Below, one piece after another: positions 55,747 through 64,000 of a DNA stretch of 64,000 nucleotides. The translations under genes and the position numbers were made by a program. Under the pieces are notes generated by a model. That model was not told the origin of the DNA. It did not search any database and saw nothing but the letters and a program-made list of their open reading frames with translations. This DNA is from Octopus vulgaris (Eukaryota): assembly GCA_951406725.2 (NCBI GenBank), contig OX597815.1:44764001-44828000 (forward strand), given 5' to 3'. Numbering within the stretch: position 1 is the stretch's first letter; every line of letters starts with the position of its first letter.

Positions 55747-56072
55747 TGTGTGTGTGTATTGTGTTGAATGTCCTTTCAATATGTTTGGAAAGGGACCAGC
55801 TGGGTGTTAATGGGTGTATATGTTGTAATAAATGCCTTGTTAAGAATCCTATTAAAGAGTTAAGGTTTTCTGTCTTTTTGCTGTGTGTGGGTTTCAACTA
55901 CGATGTTCTATTTTGAGTGTCTCCAGCTGTGTGTATGAGTGTGTGTGTGTGTATATGTGTGTGTGTTTGTGTGTTCTTGCTATGTTTTCTTTCGAGTGTC
56001 TCCAGCTGTGTGCGTGTGCCTATGTGTGTGTATACGTGTGCGTGTTTGTGTGTGTGCAGACATATATATATA

Positions 56073-56126
<54 letters not shown>

Positions 56127-56149
56127 TGTGTGTGTATTGATCACATAGA

Positions 56150-56270
56150 TCAGGTGAGATTGGATTTAACTTTGAAGGTTTCGCCGTCTTTGAATTTAAA
56201 TTCTGGTCCCTCAATTAGGTAACGACAAGTGCCGCAGTTTGTTCTTCCGCATTTTGTGACAGTTGGGTCC
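56150..56270 (-). mobile_element. Penelope-like endonuclease-linker fragment, inverted copy
   Basis: Reverse complement of 57365-57478 (KCGRTNC..CRYLIEGPEFKFKDG). Confidence 0.75.
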
Positions 56271-57059
56271 TGAGTGGTCTGGATAGTTTGGATGGGTCAC
56301 TTTATGCTATAGTGACTCTGGTTCCAGTGACGGTATTTGTGGTTATATTTTATTAAGGGTCCTGATGTAGCCCCTCAGTGATCCGGGTGTACCTTTTCCA
56401 AAGTATAAAGTGTTTGTATTATAAGGTTAGTGTATGTCATTTCTGGATTTGGATTTGTGAAAGAAATTTTGGGGAATGTTTGTGTTGTTGTGGTTGGGTA
56501 TGGTCTTTCTTCGATTGTAGTTGGATGTATTTAGTTTGGGTTAAGGGGAATTGTGTTTGTGCGTTAGGTATGTTGTGCATGATGATTTGATTGTTTCTGT
56601 AGGGTTTCGTGTTTTGTTGGTTTTTTTTTTGATGAAGGGGTTTTTTGTGGTGTGTATTTTTTAAAATTTCTCATCGTATTTAAGGAACCACATCTCGCAC
56701 TTTTCCCAATCTTTGGAGAGATATAAGTACTGCATGTTTATAGTCTTGATTCCAGAGTTTTAGGAGATGTAAGTTGGTTAACTCAGATTTTTTGTTACAT
56801 TCTTCTTCTATTTGTTGGTCAATATTTTTGATTTTTTTTTTTAAGAGTTTGATTTCCATATTTATTCTATTTGGAGACAGACATTTGTTCCTGTAGTTTT
56901 CTTTATTGTTCTGGCTCATTAGTTATGGGTTTTATTTGAAATTTTCGAGGCAAGATTACTGCGAGGGGGATTTTAGCCACTTCTGATAGATTCCAGCTTT
57001 GTTTAAGTTTTTCACTATGTTTTTCACCTTCTTTTTACTTCATGTCACTCGAAAGACAC

Positions 57060-57765
57060 TAGACTCAACATTCCCTTCAAATTGGCAAAACGAATTTGTA
57101 CCGTAGTATCAAAACCCTCAATTTTAAGAGTTTGATTTCCATATTTATTCTATTTGGAGACAGACATTTGTTCCTGTAGTTTTCTTTATTGTTCTTGCGA
57201 AAAACCGAAATATTTCATCACATCTGCAAAAATCTCCTCATTTTATTTGCAGATGAAAAAATGAGAAAAATCTTAGAAAAACAAATCATCAAAAGCAAAG
57301 GGCCGCCCAAAACACTAAAACTCATTCTCACTGGAGCAAAAACATGCAAAAAAAACCCCAACCTAACTGTCACAAAATGCGGAAGAACAAACTGCAGCAG
57401 TTGCCGTTACCTAATTGAGGGACCAGAATTTAATTTCAAAGACGGCAAAACCTTCAGAGTTAAATTCAATCTCACCTGCAACACAGAAAACCTGATCAAT
57501 GTAATCTCATGCAATGGTTACCAACATAATTACATAGGTCAGACGGGCGGATCGTTACGCAACAGAATGATGACTCATCGCCAATAGATCTAAGACAAAA
57601 ACACGAGGATAATTTCTTTAAGCAGTCACATTGTAGCCTGTGCAAGATTGGACTTACCCAATTTCAAAATCTTTCCCATCTATAAGTGCTTAGTTTTCTT
57701 TCAACCAACAACACAGACTAAATAAAGGTAATTTATTAACAAATATAAGCCACTATTGAATACAG
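57060..57765 (+). mobile_element. Penelope-like element, thumb plus GIY-YIG endonuclease relic
   Basis: NIPFKLAKRICTVVS; KCGRTNCSSC; NLINVISC...YIGQTGGSLRNRMMTHRQ; FINKYKPLLN. Confidence 0.85.
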
Positions 57766-57908
57766 AACCAACCACTATCAATGAATGAATAAGAAGAGGC
57801 ACTTAAAAAAAATTTATACATACTATCGATTTGGAAAATATTTTCCATCAATCCTTAAATCCTTTTGCCAATATATATATATAAATATATATATGTCTGC
57901 ACATACAC

Positions 57909-57964
<56 letters not shown>

Positions 57965-58282
57965 ACAGCTGGAGGCACTCGAAAGAAAACTTCTCAAGAA
58001 TACACACACATACTCACACATACATGCATACACACATGCACACACATACGCACATACACACACATATACATACATACATACACATAGCTCTAAAATTCAA
58101 AATAAAACATCGCAGCTGAAACCCAGATACGCCAGAAAGAAGCAAAACCTTAATTCCTTAATAGAATTCTTACCAAGACATTAATCACAACATACACACC
58201 CATTAACACACAGCTGCTCATATTCTAAATATATTGAAAGGACATTCAACACAAGACACCTACACACGCACACGGACACACG

Positions 58283-58319
<37 letters not shown>

Positions 58320-58590
58320 ACAATCTCATACACAGCTGGACATAAAACTCACGCAATAAATGCTTTTTAGCCACTCCATGGGCAGGAACCCACAGATATT
58401 TTTTTAGACAATAGACAACTACACCCACCTCTGTTTCTCTCTAGCACCTTGAACTCTCTATCAAATTATTCACAAGCAAGTCATATTTAAAGAAGACTTC
58501 ACGGAAAAACTCCGGACATGTTCTAACCATCAAACAGAAGATAAATACAAACTGTTTCTACTTCAAGTTCCAAATTTTTATTATATATGT

Positions 58591-58771
58591 AGGCGCAGGA
58601 GTGGTTGTGTGGTAAGTAGCTTGCTTACCAACCACATTGTTCCGGGTTCAGTCCCACAGCGTGGTACCTTGGGCAAGTGTCTTCTACTATAGCCTCGGGC
58701 TGACCAAAGCCTTGTGAGTGGACTTGGTAGACGGAAACTGAAAGAAGCCCGTCGTATATATGTATATGTAT

Positions 58772-58807
<36 letters not shown>

Positions 58808-58990
58808 TTGTGTGTCTGTGTTGCCCCCCCCCCCCCAACGTCACTTAACAACCGATGATGGTGTGTTTACGTCCCCGTAACTTAGCGGTTCGGCAAAAGT
58901 CACCGATAGAATAAGTAGTAGGCTTACAAAGAATAAGTCCTGGGTCGATTTGCTCGACTAAAGGTGGTGCTCCAGCTTGGCCACAGTCAA
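58591..58990 (+). mobile_element. SINE family C, near-complete
   Basis: AGGCGCAGGAGTGGTTGTGTGGTAAG...GGGTTCAGTCCC (A/B boxes), internal (TA)/(TG) microsatellite, shared tail. Confidence 0.82.
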
Positions 58991-60249
58991 ATATTCGTGT
59001 CGTACATTAGCTCACTCTCTCCATCAAATCGAGGTTGTCTGAAGAGGTCCACTGTCTACCATGCGTCAGCCGTCGAGGTGATCGCAGAGCAACGTGAGAT
59101 GAAGTGTCTTGCTCAAGAACACATCGCACCACCCGGTCTAGGAATTGAAATCATGATCTCTAGATTGTGAGTGCAACATGCTAACCACTAAGCTATGCGC
59201 CCTCACTATGTATTTATATGTATGTATGTGTAGTCAGATATAGATATATCAGTGGTTCGAATTTGCACTGCAGGTCGGTAGAACAAGGCACAATAATCTG
59301 TTGGGGTAGACTCCAGACGGCTGGGTCTATAAATTGGAAGCCCTGCAGACCTAAATTCGCAGTCACTATAATAAATACGCGAGCGCACACACATATATAC
59401 ACGTACGCACGCACGCATGTACACACATGTATATACCTACAGGCGCCCACATTAGTATAATTCTCTGTTTCACACAGAACTCAGTCGTATGCACGTACAT
59501 AGACACTGAGTATTAGTTTACAGTTACAATTTTATTATCACTCCACTAGATTATTTTTTTACATTTTCTTCAACTTTTTCCTTTTGATTTAGCTTCAACT
59601 AATCTTAGTAACACTCGCTTTCGTACTCACTTTTCTCTCTCTCTTTCTCTATCTATTTTTCCATCTCTGCGTCGCCATTCAATTATGTGTCGCTATGTGT
59701 ATGTACATGCGTATCTCTGAGTATGTATGTAAATATGCTTGTATGTGCATGTGTCTTTCTTTTCTATAATATTTTCTCCAGCTCCCTCTCTTTTTATCGC
59801 TTTCGTTCTCTCTTTTTCTTCCTTGTCAGATCTTAAATACAGAGATAATTTCCTATGATGTGTTTGTTAATCCCTTCGTCTTTTTATCTTTTCAGATAAA
59901 AAGAAAGAACAAAGAGAGAGATTTTTATCTGAAAAAATCCAAAGTGAGTCGGGTATAAGGCGGAATGTAAAATAAACAAACAAGTAAATAAAAGGAGCGA
60001 CATAACTGTAGACTAGAGACTATGCATTCTGTGTCGGAGTAACTGAAGTATTTGCTGTTTTCTTTTAAGTATAAAAATCGCAGAATGACCATACTAATCA
60101 ACTGTATACATATACATTTGTGTATATGATTACTTGCTTTTTTTATATTTGATGGTGCGTGTGTGAAATGGTTCTGTCTGTTATTTATTAAAGTGTGAAA
60201 GGGAAATAAGTCTATCATATATATTAAGAAAGCCTAGCCGTGTCTTTTG

Positions 60250-61060
60250 CTGAAGACAACAGGTTTCCGACATGATTCTCTTGAACAGCCGTGTGATTAT
60301 TGACGAGAAACATCCAAATTTGTCATGGTTCTACTTAAAAAATCATCTAGAATAGACTTAGTTTTAGCAAGTTTTTGCAAGACGAGTCCAAGCACAACTC
60401 ACTGAATTCTGCAAAGATAATCGTTTTGAAATCTGCGATCGACGTTGGGATCATTATCGTATCAAACGTGGGCATTATCTTGGGAAAAAATCGTCACTGG
60501 TTACAGAAAATGGGTACACAACTACGAATCGGAAAGTAAATGCCAGAATATAGTGGGAAACATCCAGATTTGCTCGCTAGCCAGATAAAGTATTCAGAAC
60601 TCAGCTATTCATCCAACAAAGGAAAAATTACGTTAATAGTTTTTGTTGTTTATTTTTCATTTTTTTTTCATTTTTCTTTTTTCGTATATATACACAAGAA
60701 CAAATATTGAAGTAATATGGGGGATGCGACTCAGTAGTAAAGATAACCAGCTGAAGATAACTGGCGATAGACATTTTGTTTTTATCGAACAATGACCGTC
60801 CTCAAATTACAACTCTGTTTAACTCATTCAGAAACTAAAGTTTGAAGTATTGGATCAACCTCAACATAGTACTAACCTTGATCCTTTAGACTATCAGCTG
60901 TTTAGCGTATTCAAGTCTGTTTTAAAAAGTGAAGAAACAGTTGTATACGTTTACATGTGTTTCATCTTTCAGACGAAAATATTTTGTATGAAAGATATAA
61001 ATAAATTTGTGAAAATGGAGCAAGTGAATTGAAAAGCAAGGAGATTATGCTGAAAGCGAT
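60250..61060 (+). mobile_element. highly degenerate mariner transposase
   Basis: IVTG..KWVHNYE near 60490 and LDQPQHSTNLDPLDYQLF (cf. HPPYSPDLAPSDYHLF) at 60850. Confidence 0.6.
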
Positions 61061-61439
61061 GTAAATACACATAGATATAATATTACTGTTGGTACTGTAA
61101 TACGGATATAAACGAACAAGAAACGGTTGGCGGAAAGCTGCTGTCTATTGGAACAAATACAAGGCACAGAGGCTTTATTGAAACATATTGTTGTAACTAG
61201 AGGGAAAGGTTATGACTAATGACATGGGCGCAACTAATTTCCCGCTAATATGAAAAAATTATAAGTACATTGTAGAAAATAAATGACTCAGTCTCTTGTA
61301 TAAACCCTTGTTGGATCGGGAAAAGGTCTTTCTTCTTGGAGAGGATACTTTTCTCGAGTAAGAGTATGTTATTTGATTTTAGTGAATAATCTTCAAATCT
61401 TATTGATTTAACACGAAGTTGTATACTAATACGTGTGTA

Positions 61440-61484
<45 letters not shown>

Positions 61485-63312
61485 GTGGTCTACACTCCCT
61501 GAAATATATTCTATCAAAATAAAAGTAGCTTCAATCATAAGAAAAGTGAAACGATAATTCCAAATTTTCCTAATTATATGAGAAAGAATGAGGAACATCA
61601 ATTAGAAATATAATTTGGCTGTCATTTCAAATTTCGTGACAGAATTATTAGGGTAACGAATAAAATGCACTGTGGATCTAGTGTACGAGCATAGCTTGAG
61701 TGAGGGCGAAGGGACGGCACTTTTATGGGGCGGCATCACTTCTGGGTTGGCTATAGGCAATATGCACAGACACAAAGACACACACATATATATATATGTG
61801 TGTGTGTATGTGTGTGTGTGTGTGTGTGTGTGCGTGTGTGCGCGCATGTATGTATCTGCATATCCATAAAAGGCAGGATGTGTGTGTGTGTGTGTACGTG
61901 TATGTAATTTATGCACGTCCTCAAATTAGCACGCATGTCGCTTCAATTTTAGGAGGACATTTGTCACGACCCTAGCTGGGTTTTGGCAACTTATTTTTCC
62001 CTGAGACATCCTCGGATAGCGGTAAAAATCGATTTTCATTCATAACTTTTACCAATTTTCACGTCGGTGAAATCCGTTGTTTGCTAACATGAATTAAGTC
62101 CCCTGCAATGGCGACTATTATACAGAAAAAACAAAGATAAACTATTTTGTTTTGGGATTTGGTTTGCAAGATTCTTTCTGTGAGTTCATGTGGTCTGAAA
62201 GAAATATATATATAGTTTTAATTATACAGAAAAACAGAGATGAACCGCTCTGAAAGAAATGTATATACAGTATACATATAGATAATTAATGTTGGTTTAT
62301 TCAATTAGAAAACAAAACCTAATGACGATGTAATTAGCAACTAGCACATTTTGTTTCTTAGTTTTTGTTTGCTTTAATATTTAAATTCTTTACTTGACTT
62401 ATTTTTTATTTCTGTTCGCTAGAAACCTCACGACAAATTTTGTTCAGCCGCAACATTCTTTCCATTCATTTCTGTTCATGAAATTCTCTGTACGTAATTC
62501 TGATTTCTCGGTAGTCGAAGCAAATCGATGACTTCGTGCTGTAGCCATTTTCCTTCTGATGTGATTTAAAGCATTTTTTTATATGTGGCATTTCCACATT
62601 AGAAACGAGTTCCGAACATGCTATTCAAGTTTGCTGAAACTTATCTCCTGCCACTCAAAATAACAACTCAATGGGATAAAGAGTACACGCATCACAACAA
62701 CAATAACAATGTTGTGTGTGCGTAGACTTACAATATACCCTACGTTAAGAAATTTTTACACGATTATTCAATAAATCTCAAATGGGATACAGAGTACACG
62801 CTTTATCCGCCTATACAGAGCAACGGGACCCGCTTGGTAGTCAAGTCTGCAGATTGCCATGCCCATCAACAAATCCCAAGGCCAAACACTATCGGTGGCG
62901 GGCATCCATTTGGCGGGCATCCATTTGCTTTTCACACGGGCAACTTTATGTAGCCTGATCCTGTGTGGGGAGTAGAAACGCTTTTTTTGTGTGTATGCTC
63001 CTCAGGGCAGAACACGTAATGTTGTCTATAGCGAAGTTTTATAGACGTAGATAAAAGAACAAGTAAGGCATCATTTCAGCCGATGTGGTTATAAACAGGT
63101 GATCCGGAAGCGTTGGCTGCGCATATTCTCAAACCATGGCTACATGATTCCTAGATTCTTCCTCTTCATTATTGGACAATGTTGACTTCTCCAACAACAA
63201 TGCTCACAGTGCTTGGCCAAGTTGCTCATAGAGTTAGGCTAGAAGGGCCAGCCCCCTTATTTTTATTATTTTTTTTTGTTAAGGCTGTTGGTAAGTTTTC
63301 CTAAGTTACTCC

Positions 63313-63475
63313 AATCCGGATCCCCAATGCAAACCTTCGAATCAACCTTCTCCAGTGCGGATCTCTAATGCAACCTTATCCAATCCAAATCTTTGAGTCA
63401 AACTTCTTCACTGCAGATCTACAATGCAAACCTTCGATACAACCTTCTCCAATGCAGATCTTCGATGCAGCCTTG
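63313..63475. repeat. imperfect tandem repeat, ~40-bp unit
   Basis: Recurrent AATGCAAACCTTCGA..CAACCTTCTCCA.TGC.GATCT units. Confidence 0.65.
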
Positions 63476-64000
63476 ACCGATAGTAACTTTAGGAGGGGTT
63501 AGGATTATATTGGGATTAGTTGCTGCCTTTTAGAGGCTCCCGAGAACCCTTTCGCTAGGTTAGCTTAGGCTTACGTTAAGGCTTAGTCGTGATCTGAACA
63601 TAACCTCTTCTGACACAGAGCATAGGGAGCCCTTTCGGGTTTTCAATTTTCCTTGCTGGAAGGGCTCCCAACCCGTAGGCAAAGGGATGGTTTAGATGAT
63701 GTGGGGGGCGGGGTCGAAAGGGCCGGCATGTGCTACCTGATTACCTCTGCCGTTCAAACTCCTGACCCATGCGTTCCCGTCGCGAGACTGATTCTGCAGA
63801 ACTGGGTTGTGTGTGAAAACCAACTTTAAAGTATAGAATCAGTAATGCTGTGTTCAGTTAAGTCTTATTTGGAGTGTAAAATCAATAAACCGATTCTTTA
63901 TGGGTTTTTCCATTCCATCAGGATGATAATCCGATTCCGTATAGGATTCCCCATAACTTTGACCAGTTTTGACGTATTTTGTTGAAACTTGATGCCGTCG

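Noticed and set aside
63313-63475. CRISPR-like array
   Set aside because: Eukaryotic context, degenerate units without unique spacers, no cas genes.

Overview
AT-rich, microsatellite-saturated eukaryotic DNA. The repeat landscape suggests an octopod cephalopod (inference from SINE types, Penelope/Dong/RTE/mariner relics and (TA)n/(CA)n/(ATT)n density). Only two credible host genes are present: paralogous class A (rhodopsin-like) orphan GPCRs with uninterrupted ORFs, in convergent orientation (5554-6549 +, 35147-36184 -). There is also a full-length U6 snRNA copy that abuts a SINE. Almost all other ORFs in the track are microsatellite artefacts or transposon fragments. The main unexplained signal is a set of eight type I hammerhead-ribozyme-like motifs (CUGANGA...GAAA...UH with a palindromic stem III). 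Four have a complete core and stems; four are damaged or variant. They lie in short non-coding modules next to microsatellites, often as fold-back pairs. One module has a tRNA-like Pol III head, and relics of Penelope-like elements (PLEs, the known carriers of such ribozymes) lie in the same window. All folds were read by eye and none has been tested. TSD = target-site duplication.
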